Source: Mytilus californianus
Taxonomy: Eukaryota
Reading direction: 5' to 3'
Assembly (NCBI RefSeq): GCF_021869535.1
Contig: NW_026262690.1
Location: forward strand, 15,438,001 to 15,502,000
Length of the DNA stretch: 64,000 nt
This document shows, piece by piece, positions 1-13,500 of the stretch (positions are counted from its first letter, which is position 1; the number at the start of each line of letters is the position of its first letter). The position numbers were made by a program, and so were the translations under genes. The notes beneath the pieces were generated by a model. That model was not told the origin of the DNA, searched no databases, and saw only the letters and a list, made by a program, of their open reading frames with translations.

Positions 1-312
1 TAGTATAATTTCAGAGAGATCCATACACCGTTCCACAGTTATTGTCTGGAAACTAGAAAATGCTCATTTTTGGCCACTTTTTGGCCCCTAATTCCTTAAC
101 TGTTGGTACCATAACCCCCAAAATCAATCCCAACCTTCCTTTTGTGGTATTTAACCTTATGGTCAAATTTCAAAAAGATCCATTCACTTAAACTAAAGTT
201 AGAGTGCGAAAACCAATATGTATTCGGACGACGACGCCGGACGACGACGACGACGACGACGCCAACGTCATACCAATATACGACCACAAAATTTTTTTGC
301 GGTCGTATAAAA
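1..312 (+). mobile_element. 3' end of a Helentron/HINE-like non-autonomous element
   Basis: (GAC)n microsatellite followed by the hairpin atacgacc...ggtcgtat and an A-run; homologous to 10190-10510. Confidence 0.65.
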
Positions 313-2270
313 ATGTGAATATTATTGAAATTTTAGGAAAACTGGTTTGCAGATATATGTATCGGATATCAGAATGCAAGTTCTTATTATTTAATATTGT
401 GATATTCAACCAGTCACATTATTTGCAATAATTTCTGAGTTTACAGTACACTGATTGATTAAACCTACATACAAGGTACATTACCATGCAGTTTAAACAT
501 GTCACATTGAATATAAAAATGTCAAAAGTATATCAATTTATTTTCATACAACAATTATTTACTGTAAATGAACATTGAGCCTGATTACAATACAATCTAG
601 TTATAATTATATCACATTTACATACCCAGTTATACTAACACAGTATTACAAGAACCATTTCTCGTTCTTATATAATATATCACGGATCAGGATTTACTTG
701 TTTGGCTGTAAACCCATGTAATGCAGTATATATGACCAATTTAATGTTATGTGTTCTGAAAGAAAGTTTTTTTTTTTTAAAGTGCCATGACAAGGGACTG
801 GTATAAAAGAAAGGGAGGTAACAAGACAGAAATCAATGTGATAATATTCTCTTTTTAATTATTTGCATCATAATTTGCTGTTTCAAAATCTAAAGGACAA
901 TGTTTGTAAAATTATCCAAAAACAAAAATATATCTGATATATTATGATATATGATTCTTTCTCTTATGTAACAGATAGTCACATAATCACAATAAAAACT
1001 ACATGATAATGCTAACGTCTTCTCTCCTTACATATTTGTAATCATTATATAATGAATGAAGCTCTCGATAACATAAAATGATCTCTTATTAAGGATCGCT
1101 AGTTGTATCATCTGATGAAACATTTCTTCTGACCGAAAAACTTTAGAATTTCAAAATATATTTCAAATTTTGTCTCTAATTTCTCCTCACAACAGTAATT
1201 TAAACATTAAGAATGCGGGAGGTACAATGATGTAATAAATTTCCACCTCTCTACTGAAAAATCTTATATTTGTTCACAAATCAATCTACAGCAGAATTTG
1301 TTCATTTATCTTACTGAAATAATATCTAAAGAGATGATAGACATAAAAAACTATGCCATGAATTCTTATTTCAAATTTTACTTTAAAATTTATCTGGAAA
1401 ATATATAAAAATCAATATAAAATCAATGGCAACTTATTTCTGAAATTAAGGTATATCATTTGTATATGGAATGGTAAAGAGTAAAACAATCAAGTTTTCA
1501 TGAATGACACCAGAACTTGACTAGTTTAGAAAAACATACCCACATGTAATCATTAAATCAAATGCATATTTGAACACCATGTATACACCACAATACAACT
1601 TCTCAGCAAATAATATAACATCATGAAATTCATTTCAATACAAAAAACACATTTACATCATATCAAGACAAAACAAAATGTAAACAATGTACAGACATCC
1701 GTTTATATAATATATGCAGTAAATAATTATTAGTTTATACTAATTTTTAGCATTGACAGCTGCAATAATAATGAATTTAATGTAGAAATTTCCTGTTTAA
1801 CAAAGATTGATTGGTTGATTGTGTTAAAGCCTCTTTCATCACTCTAGGCTATATATATATACATGTACCATGGAGGCCAGTTTTTATTGGTGGATGAAGC
1901 CAGAGTGCCCGAGAGAACCTCTGACCCATTTGACAAAGATAAAACCTTGGAGCTTTCATTTAGTACTCATAAATAAGAAGATGTGGTATGAGTGCCAATG
2001 AGACAACTCTCCATCCAAGTCACAATGTATAAAAAGTTAAAGAAGACTTTACTTAAACACAGCATGTTGCTGTTAAATTCTAAAACCTTTATTTCTAATC
2101 AATAAAAACTTGGGTGTTGTTAGATTAAATTCAGACAGGGATATGTCAGTTTTAAGAACATGTTGTGGAAAAAGGATATGACATATGGCTTTGTATTCTC
2201 TTTGTATTAGAAAACTTGACATTTAGAAAAGAAAGAAGCAAGAACTCAAGTTCACTTTACAATACACCTT

Positions 2271-2435
2271 ATCGCTATTTGTCCGCCATTACTGGACATC
2301 ACAAAAGTTCCCGTAAAATTTTGACGTCATAATAGAAAATATCTGACGCCACAATGGAAAAGTGATTGTTGTATGACGTCAAAAGTTCAAGCGGGACAGA
2401 TTTTCGGGTCAAGCGGGAATAGCGATAAGGTGTAT
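2271..2435. mobile_element. MITE with terminal inverted repeats
   Basis: tacaccttatcgcta ... tagcgataaggtgta. Confidence 0.75.
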
Positions 2436-3022
2436 GCAAATCACTTTCAAAAGAATTCAAATACATTTATTTAGATTTCTTTGTGTTAATCTTTAGCATA
2501 GTATACCTTCCTGATTTCAAGATACACAAATTCTGAAAAAAATTATATTTAGAGAAGAAAGAAAATTTTTGAATTTAAAGACTAAATGTTTTATTGACAT
2601 GTCTTCTTGTCTTTTTGATATTTTCAATATCTATAAATACAATTGATATAAATAACAACTGTTCATCTACCCATTAAATATCATGCAAAAAAAGTTCACT
2701 AATGAACCTTTTTTTGTTGATAACAGTTTGAGTTTATGGTACAAACACATTTTGTTAACTGGTATGTCATCTGTAGTTCTTTTTCAAAGACATAAAATAA
2801 GATTGATTTAAAAACAAATGAAATTAGGAACAAATATATGATCATATTTTACAGATGAACCAGTAAAAGAATGTTGGAATATTGTAAAGCTTTGATGTAA
2901 AGGATCTCATCACAGAATAATCAAAAATCATATTTACATAAATATACAAATATGGACAATCAGTTTATAAGTAAACAAACAAAACATTATCAGTGATTGG
3001 CTAACTGTAAAACAACACAGCT

Positions 3023-3090
3023 TCTGATTGGTTGATCCAGTTAGGTACCAGCAACATGGCTGCTTTCAGTACCAACCTTCATTAGTCAGA
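3023..3090 (-). promoter_or_regulatory. SECIS element (type II) in the SELENOT 3'UTR
   Basis: Minus strand reads TCTGACTA-ATGAA-GGTTGGTACTG-AAA-GCAGC-CAT-GTTGC-TGGTACCTAACT-GGAT-CAACCAATCAGA. This gives the UGAA/GGAU quartet, an 11-bp helix II with one bulge, unpaired AAA, an apical mini-helix GCAGC/GTTGC and helix I TCTGA/TCAGA. Confidence 0.92.
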
Positions 3091-4466
3091 TTTGTGATGT
3101 GCTGCAGTTGGTTCCTCTTCATGACAAACTTTATTTGGCTGCAAATGTTGAAAAAATCTGGTCAATATGCTGTGATTGCATTTATTTACAAAACAAATAA
3201 ATTCAAATAAATCAAGACAAGTCTTTACCACTCAAATTTCTTTACATCAGACTACAGGCGATATATTGTTATGAAATAGCAAAATATTATTGTGAGATGT
3301 TCAGAAACAATTTTTAATTACTAATTAACCATTTGAAAAGTGCTTGAAATATTTGGGCTGTTCATATTTTTGACATAATGAGCTTCTGCTATTACACCAG
3401 TTTTAAGGTCTCTGATGACAAATTTTAACTTTGGATAGTAAACATCTGAGAAATGACATCACAAGAACTTTTACACCATGATGTTTTCTTTAAATTTGGG
3501 TCAATAAACACCTGATAAATCAAAAGAAAACCAACTTTACAACTATTACGCAATAGTGTGCTTTACATTTGGTCAATAAACACCTGACAAGTCAAATGAT
3601 AAACTGTTGGCACAGAGATATGTCTCTCCTGTATGTTATTTTGTTAGTAAAATGCAAATGTTAAAATTAAAATAGCAATAATTTAACATGTAAACTATGC
3701 AAAACATTCAAAGTCAATGAACCATTACAAAAGAAACAGGGCCAAATAATCTTTGTGGAAATGATATATGCTAATGCTAAAACAACTGTATACCATACAT
3801 GTATATTATTGTATTCCCTTTAACTGACTTACTCACAAACTTATACATGTAAACTATGCACAGTTCCAAAGTCAATGAATCATGACTGAGTGGAGGAATC
3901 ATATCAATTCCAAAGAAATAAGATGTACTAATGTAAATGCAACTCAGCAACTGCATACCAAAATCATTGACTAACCATTAGTATAGTTTATCCTAAACTG
4001 TCCAACATGACCTAATCACAAACTTTTACATGTAAACTATGCAAAAATTTCAAAGTCAATAAACCATAACTGAGGGGGCATGGACGAATTATCTCCATTG
4101 ATATGAGAGTTTCAAAACAGGCAGATTTAGGGGGTCTAGGGGGGCTTAGCCTCTCTTTTGGAGCTTCATACATGATAAATGCATAGACTTTTTACAAGTA
4201 TCACTCCAAACATTGGCTTGCCTGGCCCCCTCACCCTTTTCAAATCCGGGATCCCCACCTGGCTCATGCTAATTCATCTGGGGTGGGGGGATGTTTCCTT
4301 ATTTTATTTGTTGTTTTTTTTAGGGGGGGAGGGGGGGGGGGGGGGGGTATTGTTTCCCTGTTTTAATTGTTTTTCTTTTCACATAACAGTAGTATAACTC
4401 TACTGAGGACTAATTGTACTTACTTATTTATAAACCATAGAACTATGATTACAAATACCAGTAATG

Positions 4467-4573
4467 TTATTTCACACCATCTGATTTAAATTTCATTTGA
4501 TTTTCTATAATTTGAAATATTTCTCCTGGCTGCGGTATTCTTCCTGTTTCTAACTTTGACCAAACTGGAACAT
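4467..4573 (-). CDS. SELENOT: SELENOT exon 4 (C-terminus, stop TAA)
   Basis: ggcacag|AT GTT CCA GTT TGG gives DVPVWSKLETGRIPQPGEIFQIIENQMKFKSDGVK*. Confidence 0.95.
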
Positions 4574-7500
4574 CTGTGCCATAAAAAAAGATGATACATG
4601 TATATGTTAATTGTTAGTTTCATCGTCATGTTCATACAAAGTCATTTATGTTGATTACTCAGAAATCACTAAATCATTTTTTTTCCAATTAGTCAGGAAT
4701 GTTATGGAACTTTATATGGAACAGCAAATACAAAATTTGAAATTTTTTTGCATTTCCAGAAAATGATCATATGTATCCACTTTAATGTAGATTAGGATTA
4801 CATTGTTTTTAAAGAACATAATGTTGTAAGAATCAGATAAGAAGTAATTATAAGTAATTATCACATTGGCTGCAATGACATATTGATAACTTGATTTTAC
4901 AGTCAAATAAAATCGATATATAACAAATAAAATAAATCTTTTTACTTTTACTCCTATGACATCATACAACAAGATGTGTTATCAAGATGTCAAAGAAGTT
5001 GAATTGCATCAAAATAAAATGAGAATGCACAGAAAATGATACAGTTCCTAGCATTTTTACTTTAACAAAAATAAAAGTTAATGTAATAAAAAATTATTAA
5101 TAAATCCAAGAATTTGAAATCAGTTATAAAAATATTCATCTTGTGACCAAAAAACATTGAAATGACGTAATATAAAGATAAAGGAAGAATGTGTCTGAGG
5201 ACACAAATGCCCCCTCTCAAGCTTGCTTATATTATAATATGTGAAAATACTTTTGGGACAGACAGAAGGAAGAACAGACAAAAAGACGAAAGGAAAAGGG
5301 TAACACTTAATGCCCCCTTCACCTAGCAGTGAGGGCATAAATATATCTTATAAAAATTTACAGTTAAAAGAGACATCAAATGCACCAATGGATATCATAT
5401 GTCCTTCTACATGTTCTATGGAATAGATAAAAATATTCAAATGTTACGGCAGCAATAAATTTGACTGTCCTAACTCATATGTAAAAGTTACCATAAAAAG
5501 AGACTTCAAAGAGACCATTTAATATCTATCCTTTATTACCCAGTATACAAAATCATTCTATTCATAGGAACTCCAACAAACCAACTTCAAACGTTTAAAG
5601 TGTGATGCCGCAAAATCATTAAGTATATGTTAATTAACTAGATATGTCAAATCGATGCATGGGTTCAATCAAATTTTTTGGAACTCCTTCATTGATTGTA
5701 TTTACAAAATATACTGAAATAACCAGATGTGTACTTAATTGTCAAGGAAATGACATTTAAAGACCATGTCACTAAATGGCAAATTTGTTAGTTTTTAAGT
5801 GTTTTACTGTGTTAAAAAAATACAAAGGAAGACAAGAAAACTCAGAGAATGTTTTCACCAAAAATCTGAAGATTGAAAATACTCTCAAGTCATGAACATT
5901 TCAGCTTAAGTTACAATCAATGTTAATCGTAAAGATTTTTTTTCATGAGAAGGCTGCTGTCTATTGTATACTGTCATATTTGTTCCAGTGGAAATAATAT
6001 TCTAGAATATTTGTTCCATTTGGAACTTATATTATGAAGGAACTCATATATTCTATGACAGCAGAATATTCATTTTCATCTTGTCTTGTGCCAAGTACTT
6101 CTTACCAGTTGGTTATTCATTTTCAAAAACCTCCTGCCCCAAAAATAAATATAATCTTACCTTCCTTCCAATACAATTCATTTCATTTTCGTTTATTCTA
6201 TTAAATCTTGACTGATTTTTTAGATCTTTTCTACTTTTGCCTTTGTTTATTGAAATGATGCAAGTGTTGTCATTCATGTAGCGATCTACACATAAACATG
6301 GGAGTTTTCCTGTTTAATTATATTGGTAGGTAGGTAATACATTCGATACAAATCACTTGATAAGATTAGCTCCAGTTAACAGAACAAGCAAAGGCAGCAT
6401 CATAGATCCCCCCCAAAAGGAATTATCACGTACTTGACAAACTGTGTCAAACCTTTCATTTTCTAAAGAAATCAGTGGAGATGGGAATGTGCTCATTTTT
6501 TGTTGGAGTTCCTGTCAATATAATACTTCCATGTCAAAACTTACAAGAAGACTTCAAAGGCACCAGAAGATATGATTATATAAATCTTAACTTTGAAAGA
6601 GACTTCAAAGGCACCAGTGGATATTATTTGTCCTTCAATGGCTAAAATATTAAAAACTTACCTTTAAAATGTTGAGAGACTTCAATGGCAAAAAAATCAC
6701 TAAATATCAAAAACTTACCGTTAAAAGAGACTTCAAAGGCACCTGTGGATATCATCTGTCCTTCAATAGCATTACTGATAAAAAATATCATTAAACAAGC
6801 ATAAATCTGAAAAAGAGAAAAATACAGTATTTCTATATTTATCATATTTCTACTGTATATTATACCGTATATCGTTTTTTTACATGTGTGTTTAATTTTT
6901 GCTTTGTTTGCGGCAGAAAGAAACACAAAAATTTGACCCCTTTTAAATTACCCTGCATATTCCAAGATTTATAGTTGTTTGAAAGTTTCATACATAATAC
7001 TGTCAAGTTATGAGTCTTTTGTTGTGTTTTTTGACAGATCACAAGCATGTGCATACTTAATTAAGATCACTGTTTTCATAATAATTAAATTGGCTAATCA
7101 TACATGTCACACTTTTGACAACACAGCAATCAGTGGCATGTTAAAAATGTTTTTTAGCCACAATCTATTGATTGGTGTCATCACCCGAATCTTTTGCCTA
7201 TAATGTAAAATTTAAAAAAAAAAATCACATTTACACGAATATTGGTATTTATCTGTAACGATTAAAACCTTAAATTTTAGCATGCCCTAATATTCATAAT
7301 TTACAATCCATGAAAGTTCTCTCAATTATTTGTATTTTCCTCTGTAGTACTCATATTTATTTGCAATCGATTAACTGTCATTTAATAAAAGTTCATGTTG
7401 TTTACATCTGTAAAAAAAAGATACAATTCTTTTTTTGCGTGTATTTTCCCAATCAGCGAAAATTATACACAGTGAAAATTTAACCTGCCCATTTTGTAAT

Positions 7501-10500
7501 CAAATCGTGAAAAAAAGTTGACGCAAAAAAGTTGATATACGGTATTAGGTATATGTTATTCATGCAGGTTTCAGACAGTATATATAATGTGACATTTCCA
7601 GCTTATGGTTTATATTCCCTGAGCTGAAGACGAAGGGAATTTAAACCCTAAGCTAGAAATACTATATATAGTAACCTAAATTACACTTGTATCACAGATT
7701 ACCCCTGTCTCAATCTTACCTGAAAACTATGTATAGTTACCCAATCACAACACTCAACACATTTGTAATCCAGTACACTGATCCAGTATATAGATGGATG
7801 TCTTTTTGGTTTTTTTTGTGTTCTTAGGTTGATTTGTATAACCCCAAATTTCCTCTTATTTCTGTTTATGTAGATTAATTTTCTTCATGCCAAATTTTTT
7901 ATTTTAGCTCTCAAACCACCACAGTGGATGATGCGTTTACAATGTTATAAATATAGTTTTGTTATGTTTATCTTGATAAAGGCAAATCTTTTCATTGCAT
8001 CCATTGGGAAAGTTTAATTTCCTTGATTCCATAAACATGACAAAATAAAAAGTACAAGATGTCTAGTGTTCATTGTCTTACATAAGCTAGGGTCAAACTA
8101 AAACTGCTATCATGTTAGTTTGACCCTAGTTACTCTCATGACTATAGACTTAACAGTTTGTTTGAAATGGCAATCAATGAACTTTTTCACTTGTCTGTTT
8201 AACTTCAATGATCATGATGATAGGAACCTGAATCCATTCAATACCGGCTGTAATACACATTTGTGTATCAGTTCACACAAATACTTACTTTATTTTCTTG
8301 AGCCCAGGTAAAAACACTAGGCGTATCCATATTGAGAAGTGTAAAAGGGTTCTGTCCACTAACAATCATTACTATCACAACTAATTTAAATATGCTGAGA
8401 AATTGAGCAATGGCAGAACGAGTCGGAGGTGGAGGATAATTATCTCCCTCGATGCTCAGTTCTGGGAACCGCTCATGTAAAGCATGAGCGTATTGCTCAA
8501 AAACTTTCTTGTACCCTCAGGAGTAACTGCAAAAAAAAAAAATTAAAACAATTTAAAGAATACATTTCAAGGTTTAGCTTATCCCTTTCTTTTTAAAATA
8601 TATAGTTCACTTTTCCCAGCCTTTGCATTGTTGAAAGTTCAGTTACTATTTATCAAATAATATATAAATGCAACACAAAGTAACACTCTCAAATGTGTCC
8701 CTCCCCAAAAGCATGTTTTATATATATTTTACTCAACAATGTCATTATGTCCTTAAAACTACATCTTTCCAAAACACTGCATTTTTCATCCTCTCATACA
8801 TTATACGTATCTCCTTATTTTTTCTTCCCTAAAACTTTTTTATTTATCTCTTCAAATATGCTGACAAATGCATCGCTGTTTAACTCAAATCGTGACAACT
8901 GAAGCAACAAATCATTAAGTCTGATAATTTGGAAAGTTCTTTACAGCCGCCAAAATATGGGGGGGAAACATTTCGAAATTACAAGACTTCATGATTCATT
9001 CCTTGCATTTGCAGTTATACAGTGCATGCATTTGACAACAATGTCCATTGTCAGTAATACACTAAATAAGAAATAAAAGCTACTAATTTGAACTTTTTAA
9101 TTTCTGGATGAGTTTAAATATTAAGGAATATTTACTAAATTTTTGTTTTAAATATATATATAGAAAAGGGGGAATTCCCCAAGCACCTGTGATAGGATCC
9201 TCTATGAGGTCAGTAAGGTTGAGAGCTATTGCAATCAATAATGAGAAACAAAATTGAAGAAACCAAGTTTCTGCTGTAGTACAAAGACAGGAAAAGATCA
9301 AAACTACCTTCCAAGTACATCAATCATTGTCAATACTGAAGAATTCAGTGAATATTTCGCAGCAGAGAATAAAAGATTTACAGAGTTAAAATGGAAACTT
9401 TGAAATAGGGACCTTGTAAAATTGCTGAATGTATTGAAAGGATGGCTGTTGTATTTTTTGCCAAGGAATCCAGGTACAAATGTTAATTGAATAAAAAAAT
9501 AATTTTTCACACAGACACAATTAAATATATACAATAAATTGCTTCGCTGAGCGCAGCTGTATACGACCGCAGATGTCCAACCCTGAAAAGTTGCGGCCAA
9601 AATGGACACAATATTCATGCTTGATACAGGTCTGAATTTGGATTGTAATTAAATTTTTTACACATAATAGGTTTCTGACACAGAATAACTGTAGACAAAG
9701 AGCATTTATATTCAATTTTTTGCTTTTGTGCAATACACTATGCAAATTGACCCCCCCCCCAAAAAAATAAAATTTTACCCCGTATTTTGCGTTTGTGCAA
9801 TACACTATGCTGTTGAATATTAACCCCCCAAAAAAAAATATATGAAGAAATTTTCTTTTAATTTCTGAAATCTGAAATGAGAAAAATTGCCCCCCTCCAA
9901 TTTTTCACCTCCCCCCTTTCCCTTATTCCAAAAAATAATTCTTTCCCTCAAGTTATGGTCAGTATCTCAGACAGTCATCATTTCTTAATACATAATTTAC
10001 AAGCAGTGTAAGGGAGGTAATCAAACATTGTTATTTAAATTGATTTGGATTTTGATTTGGATTACCTCCCTAACACTGCTTTTAAATTGTCTCAATTGTC
10101 CTTTAACCAGAAAAACCCTTGTTTTTCCCCTTTTTTTGCCCCCAATTCCTAAATGGTTTGAGCCATAACCCCCCAAATTCAATCCTAACCATCCCTTTGT
10201 AGTATGGAAACTTGTGGTATAATTTCAGAGAGATTCATACACTTTAACACAAGTTATTGTCTGGAAACTACAAAAATGCTTATCTGGGCCCCTTTTTTGG
10301 CCCCTAATTCCTAAACAGTTGGGACCATAACCCCTAAAATCAATCCCAACCTTCCTTTAGTGGTTATAAACCTTGTGTTAAAATTTTATAGATTTCTATT
10401 TACCTTTACTAAAGTTATTATCCGGAAACCTTCTGTCTTCGGAAGAAGTCGACAACGTGATACCAATATACGACCAAAATTTTTTTAATTTTTGCGGTCG

Positions 10501-13500
10501 TATAAAAAAGTAACACGTACATAATACTTAGACTTTTGAGATGAAGAACAGTAATAAACGCACTGTTCCTTTGCTTTATGTGCGTTTTTTTCTGTGCATG
10601 TACATTTGTACTAATTTTGTGTTATGGATGAATACCCCATATCCTTTGTTTTTCTATTATAATGACAATTAGATTTTACTTTAGTGGCCCAACCTATTTA
10701 CAGCTACGAAATGTATACTATATTTAAACTATCCTTTACCCTATTGGCCTTAACCTTATGGTACCCTAACCCATGTCTAACCATAACACAAGCCCTAACC
10801 TAACCATAGATGAACCCTAACTATTAAGCATGTTAAGTAAAGGGACCCTTAGCTAAGTACACATTAAGTAAAAGAAGGCCAAAATTATTTTAAACGGGAC
10901 ACAAAAAACATCTTAAACACACATAGCAATCCAATCTGTACTGAGAAGTTACTAGATTCTTGGATAGAAATAATGTCATACAGTTGTGTAACTACAGGTT
11001 GTAATGATCTCATGACTTAGTTTAATGGGAGATTGAAAACAGTGCATTACATTTGTACGCAAAAAACATTACGTTTGCATGCAGCTTTTGATTACATTTG
11101 CGCACATTCATTTTACAGGTAAACTTGGGTAATTACAGGTAAATTATACTTATTTATTTATTTAACTATTATTTTCCAGCAGGATAAGTCGGTTTTATTA
11201 TGCATAAGCCTTTAGTCCTGGAAATATATACAGATAAAAATGTAAAAACATTGCAAATCTATAAATTGAAGTACTGATTTTACATGTCGTAACGTGCTGA
11301 ATATTTTGAAGCCCACTAATGTACTGCTTTCAGGAAACACAAAACACAAAAATACATGGATTTGCTGAATACAATTACTCATTGTAGTGAGCATGGAATG
11401 ATTCCAGGCAGTTTGTAGTACGCCTAGATTCTGCTTATGGTAGTGATGCCCAAAGACTTGGAGGAAATAGGGAATCTGGTGAAATACCTTTGCAATTATT
11501 TACGGTGCATCGCCATGAAATATCCTCTCAAGTGCCTTGACGCAGCTTTAAAACTGACAAATTATTTACTAAAGCGATCAGTTTTCTGTAAAATTCTGTA
11601 AAAATTACTATTTACTCTGAAATATTCGCAATTAAGATACATGTATGTCTTAACTATTACGGGATTTCTCATGATCCTTTCTTTTAATTTTTAGAATTCA
11701 ATATGAAAAATGTATAATTTAAATTTATAAATATGTTCAAAATTCATAATTACTATAGTTATATCTTTTATGAATTATCTTCATTTTTACCTGTGTTACC
11801 TGTGAAATGAATGCGCGCAAATGTAATCAAAAGCTGCGCATAAACATAAAAAATTTAATCCCCAAATGCACGCAAATGTAAAGCGCCCATTGAAAAGGTA
11901 TCAACAGTTTACCTGACAGTAATTAGTTTAAAGGTTATTAAAAAGGTATGGAGAGTACATGTGCTAGTAATTAGTTTAAAGGTGATTAAAAAGGTGTCAT
12001 GAGTACACATGGCAGTATGCACCTGTAATGATAGGTCATGTTCATTCAAATAAGTCATGTGTATATTTACATATAATTAAAAAATGAAATAAAAACTATT
12101 GAATATTAACTGAAGTAGTTTAATTTTCTTTTATCATTTGTTTATATCTAGTTAATGTAATTCAAATTTCTTTGTTGTAACACTAAATTGGTGTAATATA
12201 ACTAATTTTATTATTTTAATTGATAAATACATGTACATTGTAATTTCAATTAAAATAAATAGCATTAATATTGTTTATCTTACTTAAATTCTTCTAGAAC
12301 AGTAGTCCAAGGTTGTTAAAGGCAGAGTTTGTGAGGCCAATTTTGTTGTACACCAAGTTTGTTATCATGGTTATAGTCTGAATTTATTATTGGCCAAGAT
12401 ATCAGGGAGTCAAAGCAAAGTTGTGATATTTAAAAGAAAATAGAAGAAATGTCTCTAATCAAAATACTATTTGAAAAATTGCATCATATCGTCCACCATC
12501 ATGACCATTGATATTATAACCTGTATTTACTACACATGCAACAAGTCACTATACATCCCTTTTAGATAATTTTCTAAAAGCGGATGATCATGGATTGACC
12601 TAAAAAAAACATGGGCAGTATTAACTGAGGTTGTTACAACTTGTGCTGGATCTAGATTTTGTACTTGGGGCTGTTACAACTTGTGCCAGATCTACTTGGG
12701 ACAGCAACAACTTGCGCAGGATCTACTTGGTGCCAGAACTTTATAAAACTCCCTACACAAGACATCCAAATTACCGTCAAAATTTCGACCAACCATTCAT
12801 GTCTGTGTATGCATATTAGTTTTTGAAGTGGCTGTGCACTGCATCTCAACAGCCTCCTAATAACCACTTTAATTTTTGTTTGACCTCTTAACAATCCTAC
12901 GGCATAGGAGTTTCTGGATTAGCCCCGGTCAGATTACAAGGTATACAAATAAGGAATACATCAAGACACAAAAAGATGTGAGAAGAGCAACAAATTAAAC
13001 AAGATAAAATCAAAGAAGTGCAGGATATGGAGTGTTGTATATATATTTGATGGCACTTTGTCTTGTACATGGGGGTTTGAACGTTCAACCATTTCACATT
13101 TTAAACTATCCCATGTATATAGTAAACCTTTATTTTTTTACTAGTCTAAGTCTAAGATGAGATAACCGCTGTTTAGCCAGACAATCTGGGGCCGAGGGAC
13201 GTCAGACCTCGTCCCATATCAAAAAGTGGATATTTGCCCGTCCAAAATCGATGCGCCGCTTTGTTGCTTCTGGAGCCGACTGACGGCCTTGGATCCATAT
13301 AAATCGGGCCTCAGTTTGTTCATTTTTCATTTATCTCTTCATTTATGCAAGTTTCACCTACCTGCCACCCTTTATTTTCTCATATTTGGACAGTTTTTAC
13401 AGTGACCCATCGATTCCTGCATTTTAACTTTTATTTTCAAATGGACGTCAAGTTACGAGAGACTTCGCGGCCTCGAGACTGAGACCACTTTTCTCGAACT

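Noticed and set aside
1112-1140. CTGATGA...GAAA hammerhead-like spacing
   Set aside because: No helix I, II or III pairing; a chance match. Similar partial matches near 33285-33315 and 36488-36530 were also rejected.
6642-6926. 94-aa ORF as a standalone gene
   Set aside because: It is SELENOT exon 3 plus flanking intron, including decayed exon copies.
10748-10822. Telomere-like (CCTAAC/CCCTAA) repeats
   Set aside because: Few, degenerate and interspersed; more consistent with an internal motif of a small transposon.
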